From: Lama guanicoe
Taxonomy: Eukaryota
Direction of reading: 5' to 3'
Length of the DNA: 64,000 nt
Assembly: GCA_013239625.1 (NCBI GenBank)
Contig: MU053482.1
Span: forward strand, 4,849,775 to 4,913,774
Shown here piece by piece: positions 37,991-49,497 of this stretch; the first letter of the stretch is position 1, and every line of letters starts with the position of its first letter. The position numbers were made by a program, and so were the translations under genes. The notes under the pieces were generated by a model. The model did not search any database, had not been told where the DNA came from, and saw only the letters and a list, made by a program, of their open reading frames with translations.

Positions 37991-39829
37991 TAGGAAAACA
38001 AAGGGACGGAGGAGACAAATTCCCAGGGCTTCTGACTTCAGCCCAGTGTTCTCTTCTTGTACCACAAAAACCCCGTGTGAATGGAGGCCTTGTCAGAGGG
38101 GCCAGCCCAGAGGCCATGAGCGTGGAGAGCCCCAAGCCCAGGCTCAAGGAGGGCTGCACATGGGGTGGGTGGGCCTTGGGGTGACCAGTACCAGAGCCCC
38201 AGGCCCCACCTCTACAGCTTTGTTCTTTGTTTCTCCCAGGTTGGGGTAGAACAATCACCCCCTGTTTTCTTTTATTCCAGTTTCCAAGCCAGCCTTGGCC
38301 ATCAGATGATGGTGTAATTGGGCTGTTTGGATAGCTCCTGACTTACTAATTACAGGCTGATGAGCCTTTCACTGTGCAGCTGGGAATGATTGGGGAGCTC
38401 TCAGAAAAGGCCACGCTGGGAGACTTCCCCTGTCTATGCCTTTGTTTCTCCATTTGTGAAAAGGATCCAGCCTGGACCTGATCCCCACAGACCCCTCCAG
38501 ATCTCGCTGTGAAGCTATTGTAGGCAGTTAAGTACAGAGAGGTGAATTTCCAGCTTAAAGCAGTCTTGGAAAGCTGCACTGCCCCCTACCCCCGGCCCCC
38601 ACCCGCAATTTCCCTCCATCTCCTGGACCTCACCCCACTATTGATTTAACACTGGGCTTTGCATGTGCAGAATCAGGCAGAGTGATGGCTCCTCTGAGGA
38701 GAGAATTGGCTGCCCCTCAAAGTAGGTGACACCCTAGTGACAATTTCGTTCAGCCCTAGTGGAGCTCAGAGAGCCTCTTCCCTGGAGAGAGCCTGGGGTC
38801 CTTAATGCTTTTTCCCAGCATATTATGGGCTGTTCTGATTGCCCAGTGACTCAAGTTTGCCTCAATTCAGGGGAGCCAGAGGAAGGAAAATGCACTTGGA
38901 AACAGGCTTAGTTCTTGGCAACCACCTGGGAGGCAGTGTGTTTCTGTTCCTGCCTTAGGTCCCAACACCTGAATTCTGAGGCTCCAGGAATAATCACCTC
39001 CTCATAGATATAGACTTAGTCAAACTTGTGTTACTCACAGGGATTCACAGGGGTGCAATCTTGGGTCACCAATTCCAAGAGATGTAGCCAAGGTTCTGCC
39101 TTCACACTACACTTGACTACCTTCTCAGATTTACGTTCCACCTTCAAATTCAGAGAGATGGAGCTGGGTTTTTGGTCTGAACAGTCACAGGGAATTTTGA
39201 GGCCCTCTCATTTAAGACCCAGATTCTTACTGGAGTCTTATCTTTTAAGACCTTTGACTATGGGATCATGCCCAATCTGATCATTCATCCCATCAAACCA
39301 GCCCTCCTGTAGTGCTCAACCCCATCAACCCTTAGTTAACTAACTTCTTTCTTCAAGGCAGGAGGCCACTGCCAGTTTGGCCTCTAGCATGGCTGCTAGC
39401 CTAGCCATCTGCCAAGGCTGGTGAGCTCTTGCAAGATCAAGATGGTAGCCGAGTGTTTGCACAGCTGAGCAAGAGGAAAGGCCTCACTGGGCTGGGGAAT
39501 GTGGTTTAGTCCTCCTGGGTCAGAAGAGCAATGTGCATTGCAAAAGGAGCTTTCTCTATCCCTGGGGTGTTTGTTTTAAAACGGGATTTGCAGGGTTTAC
39601 TTAGAGATTTGCATATTAGGGAGAAGCTGGGTGAGTCTTGGCTGGGCAGTCTGCCTGTTTCATCTGCTAGAGGGATAGAACTCAAGGCTGGCTCCAACCC
39701 CATTGTTCTCTCTGTTCTGGGGATGGAGCTAGGCAGCCCTTTAGAGGTGTCCTGTGTGTGTCCCAGCCTGGGGGATTTTACTGTGCAGAGCACCCGTGCG
39801 TCGCGGGGGGGCAGGATACTATAAGGGCT

Positions 39830-39985
39830 TGGAGTCACACTTGGGTTCCGAGCACCCATTACTTGCTGTGACCTTGGACGAGTTAGTGGACCTCTCGGCA
39901 CCTTGGTTTCCTAACCTATAGGATGGCGGTGACAGCAGCTACTCCCGAGAGTGATTGGAATAATGCAAAGACCTAGCATATATCA
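39830..39985 (+). mobile_element. MIR SINE
   Basis: ggagtcacacttgggttc...tacttgctgtgaccttggac. Confidence 0.7.
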
Positions 39986-40077
39986 AAGGCCACAAATGTG
40001 GTCTTTCCCCAGTGGAGAAGAATTCTAGAAGAAAACTCACTTACCTAAAGTGAATATTTATCCCTCTCTTTCTAAAG

Positions 40078-40143
40078 GCAAAGAAGTCACCTTCAGGTTT
40101 CCATTTCCATTCCAGCCACTTAGGAGGAACAGTGCAGCCTGAG
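40078..40143 (+). pseudogene. MICAL2: Degenerate MICAL2 cassette exon (AKKSPSGFHFHSSHLGGTVQPE) lacking the expected splice donor
   Basis: Intact acceptor ctctttctaaag. The translation resembles my recollection of the human exon EKKSPSGFHFHPSHLRTVHPQ, but CCT GAG is followed by ttagag rather than gt. Confidence 0.7.
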
Positions 40144-41761
40144 TTAGAGCCTTCCTGAACCTCGGCTGCCCCGTCAGTGAAGGGGGATTATCAGACCCAC
40201 TTCGCAAGGCCATGAGGGTTCAGTGCAGCTCAGTGCCCAGAACCAGGGGACATAGACGCAGACATGGGCGGCCACTGGAAGGTCAGAGCCTGAAAGACCT
40301 GCTGGCATCTCAGCTCTGAGGGTGTCGTTTCCAGACCCCTCAAATAAGGCACTTTCAGTCCTTGCCCTGAGCATATTATGGCTGAGAACTCAGGCCCACC
40401 AGCCTGTCCTCTGATGTTTCTCATCCAGGGACTCCTCAGTGAGGAATGTCTTTGCTCAAGTAGGCCTGGGAGACCTCCTCTGGCTCTACCTCTCCTTCTC
40501 TTGAGCCCTCAGCTCCGAGGCCCTGGAATTTCTGCTCCCAGCCCTGCCTGACCTGTGTGAGCTTCCTGATATGCACTGCAGGCCAAGTGGCCACAGATGG
40601 CCCAGCTCTGTGGAGAAGAACAGTCTGGGCAGCTGGTCATCTTGGCTGAGTTCCAGGCATGAGGGGGGATATTAAGATTGTTTGGAAACAAGCAGGTTCC
40701 TGGGCCTCCTTTCAGAGCATCTGTCCTGTGCCAGGAGCACAGATGAGTAAGACAGGTCTTGACATCAGGGAGTGCAAACTGGAGGGTGAGAAAATCTCCA
40801 ACATGCAGGCAGGGACTGTCATATTCTGAGCTAGGGGTGACAGGGCAGTCTCGGGAATGCCTCTTTGTGGAGGATCAGTCATCTCCTGCAGCCTCTGGCG
40901 ACAGTGCTTGTGATGGCAGTTAACGTCATCATGTGTGCAAGTGGGTTGACTTGTGGGAGAGAAGCCAGTGCACTCACCTGGGTGGGCCACGTCACTCTTA
41001 CTGCAGAGGGGGCTACACAAGCAGCCATGATTTTCCCTGAGTAAACTCTACCCAGCAGAGGAAAAAGAAGTTCCAGGACATGGAAATTTGAAGCTGCAAC
41101 AATGTTGGTGCTTTGGACTCATTAATCATCCGCCAAGTGCTTCTTGGGAGCCCAGCACCATGAGAGGCTTGGCCCAGATCCTTTGATGACTCCTTCACAG
41201 CCCTGTAAGGATGGGGGCAATCTCCCCATTTTCCAGATGAGGAAGCTGAGGCTCACAGAATGGAAATGATACCTGTGAGGGTAATCTGATGTCATGTTAG
41301 CTGATGGTCCTCCCGAAGTGTCCAACCATTCCAGCTTGTTCTAGTTAATTAGCTGAAAATAGCTAGACTTCACGGGAACAAAGGTAGTGAGAAATACCCT
41401 GGTTCTTCAAAAATTACAAGAATATTGAAAAAATACATAAAGGGTGGCAAAACCAGTCCCATGACCCTCCAAAATTACCAGTTCTCAAAAAACTAGTGAC
41501 TGGGACGGGTTCATTTCTGGCCATATCATCTGACTCTCCAACTTGGTGTTTAGACAAATTATTCCCAGCCCAATTGTAAGTGCTCCTCTTGACCAGCCCT
41601 CCCCAGGAGCTTACCTGCTTTTGCCCTCCAGTGCAGTCATCACCTTGTTGAGGACCTCTGGCTCTTACACCAGTATGAGTTTTCTGAAGGTTTCTCCATG
41701 AATGGAGTATCTTTTCTTCCTCAGGGTGCTCAAGGCCCATTAATTCTCTAGTTTATTAGAG

Positions 41762-42003
41762 CAGGGCTACTCAAAATGTGGGCCGTGGGCAGGAACTGGT
41801 CTGTGACTTAGTGAGCACAGCAAGGGAGAGTAAGCCTTAGACACTTGTAGAGCAGTGTGACATTGCCACACATCCAAGTGCCTGATCATGTTTCTAGTAA
41901 TTCATTTTCATTGTGTCCGGAAGTGTCAGGCCGCAGTGGATTAGAGATTTAAAAAGAAGCAGCAAAGCCTGGTCATTCACCACGAGTAGTTTGAGGAGCA
42001 CTG
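41762..42003. mobile_element. hAT-Charlie non-autonomous DNA transposon
   Basis: Terminal inverted repeats CAGGGCTACTCAAA ... TTTGAGGAGCACTG. Confidence 0.75.
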
Positions 42004-44903
42004 AGTTAACACGAGTCTAACTGGTCATGGCCTTGCTGTCCTACAGCTCGTGAGGCACCCGGCTGTCAGAAAACAGGAGGTAACCCAAGATCCCACGGTA
42101 GTGTTGCCTTCACGCTAGTCTCGGGTGGGCTTCAAAGGGCACCTCTTGAGACAAGTTCTCCATCACCTGGTCTCCTTGTGACCTTTCAGGAAGTCCTGGT
42201 CTACCTCTTGGCCTTGGTGATTCTGGCATGGTTTCCATCTGGCTGGGAAGGGCATATGGGAGTGCCAATGCTGCTTCCCCTAAGGGTGCTTTCACTTCAT
42301 AATTTTTAAGAAAGGCGTTGTCACAGGGTGGGAATGTGGATGCAACTGGGAGAAAGGAGTCTTGTATGAGTAAGGGCCCATGATGAAAGGACCAGGCACG
42401 GTCTTCATCCTGGATCCCCTGGCCAGGCCCCGTGTTTGTAGAGCAACTGAGCAGGACTGCAGCGGCACACATGTGTTTCAGCAGGGCCCCCGCCTCCTCA
42501 CGGCCCTCTCCTGGCTTCAGTGATTGCTCCCTAAGTCAGGATTGCATGGAAGCTCAGCGGCACAAGGTGCTTATTAGCCAAGTGGCTAATGAGGTCTCAT
42601 TAGGGACTTGTATTTAAAGCCCCAGAAAGTCCAGTCTCAACCTCGGCTCACTCGGGGGAGGCAGTAATTTCGCGTGGGTACGTGGCATTACATGGTGCCT
42701 TCCTGGGAGAACACCGCGGACCCAGTTCACACACTGGGTCAGTGGAGGCAGCCGCACGAGGGGAGTGTGGGCAAGGGGGTAGTTTTGACCTCCCCTCTTC
42801 ATTCTGATGTAAACCCAGGAAGGCCTTGCTGTTCTGTAGCTCCTGTCCCAGGGGCCTGTGTTGGGGGCCCCAGCAGGGGATGGAACATCAGGCAAATAAC
42901 AGCGTATTGTCCTTAGCCAGTGCACCTGGACCTCCTTTAGAAGCAGGAGCCAAGTTTCTTGGCATTTGTGAAATCCTGAAAATGGCAGAGTGTGTGCTTA
43001 GAAGCAGAATTCTAATCTTTCCCAGGTGAGGCCGGCTTTGGGGAGAGGGGTAACTGACTTGGCAGCTGCTGCTACTGAGAAGAGGCAGGCTTTGTTGAGT
43101 CTGAGGAGGTCCAATCTGTCTGAGTGGTGGGATTGGACCCCCCAGCAGGCCCCTGGCCACATCCTCACAGTCCCCCAGAGCCTACATGTGATCTGGAGCG
43201 ACTGATCCAAAGTGGCTGTTGGTGCTGGGGCCTCCTTAATGAGAAAGTGGGCAGGTGCCTCCTGGGCCTTGTCTTTCTCCCCAGCCTGCTGGCAGCCTTT
43301 CCCTCCTCATCCTCTTTTAGTGCCTGTGCTTTTGCTGGAACCCAGTGAAGTGGCCTCTGGTTCTGGGGGTAGATGCTGCTTCTAGGAGTCGGGGAGCTGT
43401 GGGCCCCCGCTGCCATTCACTTTGCTGTTCCCTGAACTATAGTTGAGGCTTTCACAGCAGGTTTGACATGACCTTCCAAGAGCAGCCTTGGGTTTAGATT
43501 GAGGGCCTTCCTTCGCATACAAGTCACTGACTTGCCATCAAGAGAGCTAAAAGCCTGCGTCCGAGGGCCTTGAGCCTAAATCACTGCTCTCTGTGGCTGT
43601 ATCTTCCGGAAGCTCGATGCAGAGGCGGGGGAGATCTGGAGCCTCCCTCCCTCCAGGGTCTTGGGATGGGGAACAGCGCTTACAGAGAAAACCTCAGACT
43701 GTACATGTCTGTCCTGCAGTGGAGACTGCAGTGTCTCCAGGCTGGCCTTTCCGAGCTGGTGGGAGAAGGGGGAGCAAGTTGGGTTTTGCCCAGGGGTGTA
43801 TGTGTGATTGTGCCACGTCTGTGTGGGCTGTCAGCTCCCACCCCTTCCCCAGCTCTGTGATGTGTTGCTGGGGATGCAGGTAGGCATGAACCATCATGCC
43901 CTCTGGAGCACGGGCACCCACAGGCCACCAGGCTGTGATCCCCGGGGCCAGCGTGGAGCTGACTTGCCTGGCACCAGCTCTGGGGCCTCTGGGCACTGCT
44001 GCCTGGAGCTCCTGGTCCTGCTCCCTCCACCTGCCCAGTGGGAACCAGCATTCACTCCCATTCTAGTCGCTGTTCTTGTTGGCAAGGTGATCTGCAGTCC
44101 TGACCTGATGGGACTCAGGTCAGACATAGCCATTGCTCGCTAGGACCCAGGAGCAACAAGGCAGGCTGGGGCTGCTGAATTCAAAGGAAGAAGGGAGGGA
44201 GGAGTCAAGTTCATCTTGACCCAGCCCTGCCCAGTGCCGGGTGCTCAGACAGTAGTTCTCCCACTTAGTTTTGGCCACAGCTCTGGGAGGCAGGCACCGT
44301 TTATCCTCATTTCACTAAATGAGGACACTGAGCGCAGGAGTTGAGAGCTTCGTGCCCGGTCTCAGAACTGGTTAGTAGTGGAGTGGGGTCCTAGACCTCC
44401 AGGTCTAGGGGCCCCAGTGCTCACTAAGCAGCAGCTCGCAGCCTTCCAGAGAGGAGGGGACTCTGGGACAGCAGCTGCCCTGCAGCTGTCTGCGAGGGCT
44501 TGGCTCCTGAGTGTGAAGGCACCCGGGCTGGGGCTCAGGAGACCGGAGCAGAGTCCTGGATCTTGTGCTTATTTGCAAATTGGCCTTGGGCAGATTCCTT
44601 CCTCTAGGATTCCATCCCCTCTCTGTGAACCAAGCAACTGAACTCCTGAAGACATCGTACCCCGCCCGCTGTGGCTCTGAGTCACCCGCTCACTTGGGGC
44701 CGCAGGGCTCCGTTTCTCCCTTTTCTCCGTCTGCACAGTGCCCGCTGCCTGCTCCAGCTGGTTATGCCTCTCCCAGGATGTTGAGTGCTGTTTGCACGTG
44801 GGTGTGGAACCCTCCTCCACATCCAGCTTGTTCGTGTTTTCCTTCTCGGTGCTAACTGGCCTCTACCTTTGTCTCTGTCTCCTCTATCTCTGCTGTTGGG
44901 TAG

Positions 44904-45011
44904 CTGACGGTAGGGAAAGTGTCCAGCGGAATAGGGGCTGCAGCTGAAGTTCTGGTCAATCTGTACATGAATGATCACAGACCTAAGACTCAGGCCGCCT
45001 CTCCAGACCTG
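44904..45011 (+). CDS. MICAL2: MICAL2 coding exon, probably alternative ([36 protein letters not shown])
   Basis: Long CU-rich tract, acceptor ttgggtag, donor gtaagg; 108 nt, phase 0-0. Confidence 0.9.
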
Positions 45012-46005
45012 GTAAGGACATACACCCCTCAGCCTTCACCCTCAGGCACCGGCTCTGGCCTCCAGGGAGGGTGCACGGGATGCGGAGAGGATGGCCTGGC
45101 TCCCCTTCTCATGGGAAAAAAGGGGCTGAGAACGGGCTGGGTCAGAGCAGAGGTTAGCAGGAGGCTATGTTTACTTATAGACAAGACTCAGCCCCATTGT
45201 GGGTCATTTCACAAAGTAGAGCATTTTCCCTGCTGCCTGAGGCTCTGGAGGACTCAGTGGAAAAGGCCAGGTAAGGCCATCCAAATAATTGGACATCCCT
45301 TATTGTCAGTGTTTAGTGTCCAATCTGGATTGGATTGAGAATTAAGTGATGGAGGAAAACCCCCCTTTCCTCTGAATTTTCCCCTTCTCCAAGTGACACT
45401 GCTCACCGCCCTCACCAGTGATTTGAGTTGACAATTCTCTTGGTTTCCTTTGGGCACGTTCCCCTGGAATCACCCAGGTGTGCCCCAGCCCTCGCCCTCC
45501 ACCCTTGCATTTAGGAATTTGACTGGCAGCCTGGTGGGTTGCAGGACACAGCCTTCTCCCCTTCTACTGTTCTCTTGAACAGTTTTGATGCCGCAGACAT
45601 TCCTCACATGACCTATGTCACCGCAGGGGGACAGAGATGTAGAAAACATTCTTTCAGTGACCTTATTCTAGACCCAGGCAACACTTAACCCCTGGGTCAG
45701 AATCCTGGAGAGAGCATCCCTGGGCAGGCATCTTTGTGAGGGATGTCCGCTCCATCAGACCAGGAGATGTCACTCCCACCCAGAAACCAGAGAGGCCAGA
45801 CTGCCTGGGAGTACAATTAACAGCTGCCCCCACAGGGCTGGGGTCTGTATCTTCCCACCCTCGCTCTTTGCTGCAATGCCTGCGGTGATAAAAGCAACAC
45901 AGAGCCTGTGAGGTCCCCGTGATTCAGGTAGGCATTCAAAAGCCTAGCCTCGCGTTGGACAACATAACGTGCTGCTCTTCTCTTCCCATGCTCTGTGCTC
46001 CCCAG

Positions 46006-46192
46006 GAATCTGTACGGAAGGTGTTTCCTCTGAACCTGGGTGGCAGCGACAGCTGCTACTTCTGTAAGAAGCGGGTGTACGTGATGGAGCGGCTGAGCGC
46101 GGAGGGCCATTTCTTCCACCGGGAGTGCTTCCGCTGCAGCGTCTGCGCCACCACCTTGCGCCTGGCTGCCTACGCCTTCGACGGTGATGAAG
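46006..46192 (+). CDS. MICAL2: MICAL2 coding exon, LIM domain (CYFC...[10 protein letters not shown])
   Basis: Acceptor gctccccag, donor gtaacc; 187 nt, phase 0-1; LIM Cys/His spacing. Confidence 0.96.
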
Positions 46193-46724
46193 GTAACCCC
46201 TCAGGGGCCAGGACAGCACTCAGCTCTGGCCTGGGCTCCTGTCCCTCTGGAGGCTCTGGGACATCCAGCCCTTCCCAGGGAGTAATGGTGTCATCAGGAA
46301 AGCTATTCGGGGAACGGAAATCCCCTGCTAAACAGAGAGGTGGCCTGGGGTGGACAGGGGTCCTGAGGGAAGGGGAGCTGTCAGCACCGGGGGTGCACTA
46401 GCATGGGGGCACCTCCCATGCGCTGAGCGTTTTACATGTGCTTTCTTACTTGGTCTCACCTCCTTCTATCGCCCCTGTGTGGTTGAGAAAATCAAACCCG
46501 ATAACCTGTGTCACACGCTCGGCACCACTCCTGACATGAGTGGGGGCTCGATAAGTGATGGGATGTCAATGTCACTATGTATAAAGTATGTACTGTAAAA
46601 ATGGCCATACCTGTCACATGCCCCCTGGTACTGCACTCACTGGAGTGAGGGATTGTCTAATGTTCAGCACTTGAGCTTTGCACTGTCATATAATTTCAGC
46701 ACCTGTGATCCCATACCCTCAAAC

Positions 46725-46930
46725 TAACTGCCTGGGTTCAAATCCAGACTATGTAATCCACTTACTAGCCATTCTACCTTGGCCTGTTACCTAACCTCTT
46801 GGTCCCTCAGTTTCCTCATCTATAAAAAAAAATGAGGGCAGTAATACCGGCTCATAAGGTCGTTGTGAGGGTGGGTAAGTTAATTCAGGGGGAGCATTTG
46901 GCATAGTGTCTGGTATATTGAGTCCTACAC
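46725..46930 (+). mobile_element. MIR SINE
   Basis: cctgggttcaaatcc...cctcagtttcctcatctataaaa...ggtcgttgtgagg. Confidence 0.8.
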
Positions 46931-47492
46931 AGAATTTCCCTGTTCTTACCATTCCCATCACTGTCTTTGTCCTTGTAACAGTGAGCAAAGAAGACTTTTC
47001 TGGGAGGCTCCCAGTGGTCCTGGGCAGTGGCCAGTGGCCCAGTGTGTGCCTTGCCTTGGTTTTTCTGCCCCTCAGTGCCGCCATCTGTTCTGTGTCTTTC
47101 CCAACCTCACACCCCAAGGGTCCCAGAAAGAAGAGGAACTAGAAACAGGATTGCTAGGCAGGGCTGTCCATTTTGCTGCCTGGAAACTGGCCTTAGGAAG
47201 AGACGTGGCCTCGGTTTGGTTTGGGGATTACCTGAGGGTTGCAGCCCCAGCCCGGGAGCCCCTCTGTTGCTACAGCCTGCCTCTGAGGCAGCAGAGGGTC
47301 CTTCTGCCTCCTCTCAGTGACACTCCTTTAAGGCAGGAGATGGAAACATTTCCCCAGTTTGTGCCTTCCTGGGCTTGTTTCCATTAGTGGCGTTTTCTGA
47401 TGGTGACGGGGGCTTGGTTTATGTTCTGTTGTGGCTCTGGTTTACAGGGGAAAGACCTGTGTGTGTCTGTCTGTATGTGTTTCTTTTTACAG

Positions 47493-47581
47493 GCAAGTTT
47501 TTCTGCAAGCCTCATTTCATTCACTGTAAAAGCAGTAGTCAGCAACGGAAGAGACGGGCAGAGCTGAAGCAACAAAAAGAG
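47493..47581 (+). CDS. MICAL2: MICAL2 coding exon, end of LIM domain ([30 protein letters not shown])
   Basis: Acceptor tttttacag, donor gtacgt; 89 nt, phase 1-0. Confidence 0.95.
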
Positions 47582-48248
47582 GTACGTTTTGTCTTGAAAG
47601 CCATGGTGCAATGGGAGGCTTCTGAAAGGAGAATGTTTTTGAGGATTCTGCAAGTTAGGCCATTTCTGGCTTTGGAGGGATTGAGACTCAGGTGAAGAGG
47701 GCTCTACTCCCTTGCATGGAGGGTCTCTCTGCCTCAGTCTGCTCAGCTAGCCTCTGGGGTGTCACCTACTCCAGATGTCAGCTCCCAGGGGAGTGGCTGC
47801 GCTGATTCTCATGAGAAGCCCAGCAGAGCTTCCCCATGTGCCAAGGATGGGACTGTGTGCCTAGCCATGTGAAAGCTGTGCACCCCATGTCCACAGGGCC
47901 CTGTTAGCAGGGATGCCCGATACAGGGCCAACCCTCTGTGGTTTCCAAGTCCTTTCCCCAGGCTCTTGGATGTCAGCAAAGTGACAGAGCCACTGAATTT
48001 GTGGACGGCTTGTGATAGTGCCCCCCGGCAGCCCTTAGCCAATACCTCCCCTACTGCTTGATCATTACCTACCCACACTTCAGCTTTTTTCTGTTTACAC
48101 AAGTAATATAGGCTAAGCGTAGAAAAATGGGTAAATAAATGAAAGTGTATAAAGAAGGAAAGTTAAATCACCCATTATCCCCCCATCCTGAGGAAATCAT
48201 AGTTAACATTTTGAAACATTTTATTGTAAACTTTCTCCTATGTGAATA

Positions 48249-48468
48249 CAGTTGATCCCTGGACAAGTTGGGGGTCAGGGGCTCTGACTCTCCATGGGGT
48301 TGAAAACCCACGTATAACTTACACACAGCCTTCTGTACTGGCATTTCCCCGCATCTGTAGATTCAACCAACCGCAGATCGGGTAGGACTGCAGTATTTAC
48401 TGTTGAAAAATAAACTGCATGTAAGTGGACCCATGCAGTTCAAACCTAAATTGTTCAAGGGTCCACTG
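48249..48468 (-). mobile_element. Tigger2-derived MITE (220 bp)
   Basis: TA TSDs; TIRs CAGTTGATCCCTGGACAA / TTGTTCAAGGGTCCACTG. Confidence 0.85.
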
Positions 48469-48505
48469 TATATTAACCCAGTTGGAATCCTATCTCTACA
48501 GTTTT

Positions 48506-48614
48506 TTTTTTAAATAGGTTTATTTATTTATTTTTAGAGTTGGTACTGGGGATTGAACCCAAGACCTTGTGTATGCTAAGCACGTGCTCTACCACTTGAG
48601 CTATACCCTCCCCC
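48506..48614 (-). mobile_element. tRNA-Ala-derived short SINE (camelid vic-1-like) with TSD
   Basis: TSD ctacagtttt at 48496-48505 and 48615-48624; reverse complement GGGGGAGGGTATAGCTCAAGTGGTAGAGCACGTGCTTAGCA...GGTTCAATCCCCAGTACC. Confidence 0.88.
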
Positions 48615-49098
48615 CTACAGTTTTATAGACTTTTTTTTTAAACTAACAGTATATTAAGAACAGTTTCCTGTAACATTAAAAATTCTTTTGGAGACTAGCT
48701 TTTGATGCCTGTAAAAGATGGTTAATAATTTACTTGCATCCTATATTGTTGGACATTTACATTTTTTAATATTTTTACAGTAAATGTCTTTGTACCCACA
48801 TCTTTATCCTATTTGAAATTGTGAGGGTTGATCATTAGAAACGGCGTTGCTGAGTCAAAGGGCACGTGTGCTTTGAAGGCTTGTGAGCTCTGTGGTCACT
48901 TTGCTCCCCAGGAAAGTCACTGCCAGTGTCCAGCCCCGCTTCAGCAGAGCACAGGGGCTGAGATTCTGGAGAGAGGGGCTGGTTGCAAATGGCAGTCTCC
49001 CAAGTTCTCTGTTTATTGGCGTTCTTTCTCTGCTTTGTTGAGGAGCCCTCTGTGAGAATATCATGGACTAAATTCCCTCACCCCGATCCCTTTCTCAG

Positions 49099-49201
49099 GA
49101 GGACGGGGTGTGGAAAGAGCAAGAAGCCCCTCGTCGAGACCCTCCTGCGGAAAGTTCTTGCGCCGCCGCGGCCATCGGCACACCGGAAGGCAGCCCCCCA
49201 G
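49099..49201 (+). CDS. MICAL2: MICAL2 coding exon ([34 protein letters not shown])
   Basis: Acceptor ctttctcag, donor gtatca; 103 nt, phase 0-1. Confidence 0.92.
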
Positions 49202-49497
49202 GTATCACCAATTCCTTCTTTAGGAAGGCGCTAAGCTGGCCTCTCAGGCTGCCATGGGGCCTGTTTCACCTTCCCCGGAGGCTGCTTAACTGGATTCAGG
49301 GACTCCTGCGCGCAGCCAGCCTGCATATCAGGGACAATGCTTACAACTACCGCTACACGTACGAGCTCCTGAGCCTCGGGCTGCCTCTTCTCTGGGTGTT
49401 CTCCGAGGTCCTGGCTTCCATGTACCGGGAGTCCGAGGAGTCCCTCGAGAGCATCCGCAACTGGCTGCTCAGATGCTTCCCGGTCAAGCTGCACTGA
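49202..49497 (+). CDS. MICAL2: Alternative MICAL2 C-terminus by read-through of donor 49201 ([17 protein letters not shown]...CFPVKLH*)
   Basis: The frame stays open for 98 codons past the donor, with coding-like GC-rich third positions. It resembles an alternative human MICAL2 C-terminus as I recall it. Confidence 0.8.

Noticed and set aside
49202..49210. Donor gtatca as a possible U12-type intron
   Set aside because: Does not match GTATCCTT, and there is no U12 branch site near the acceptor.
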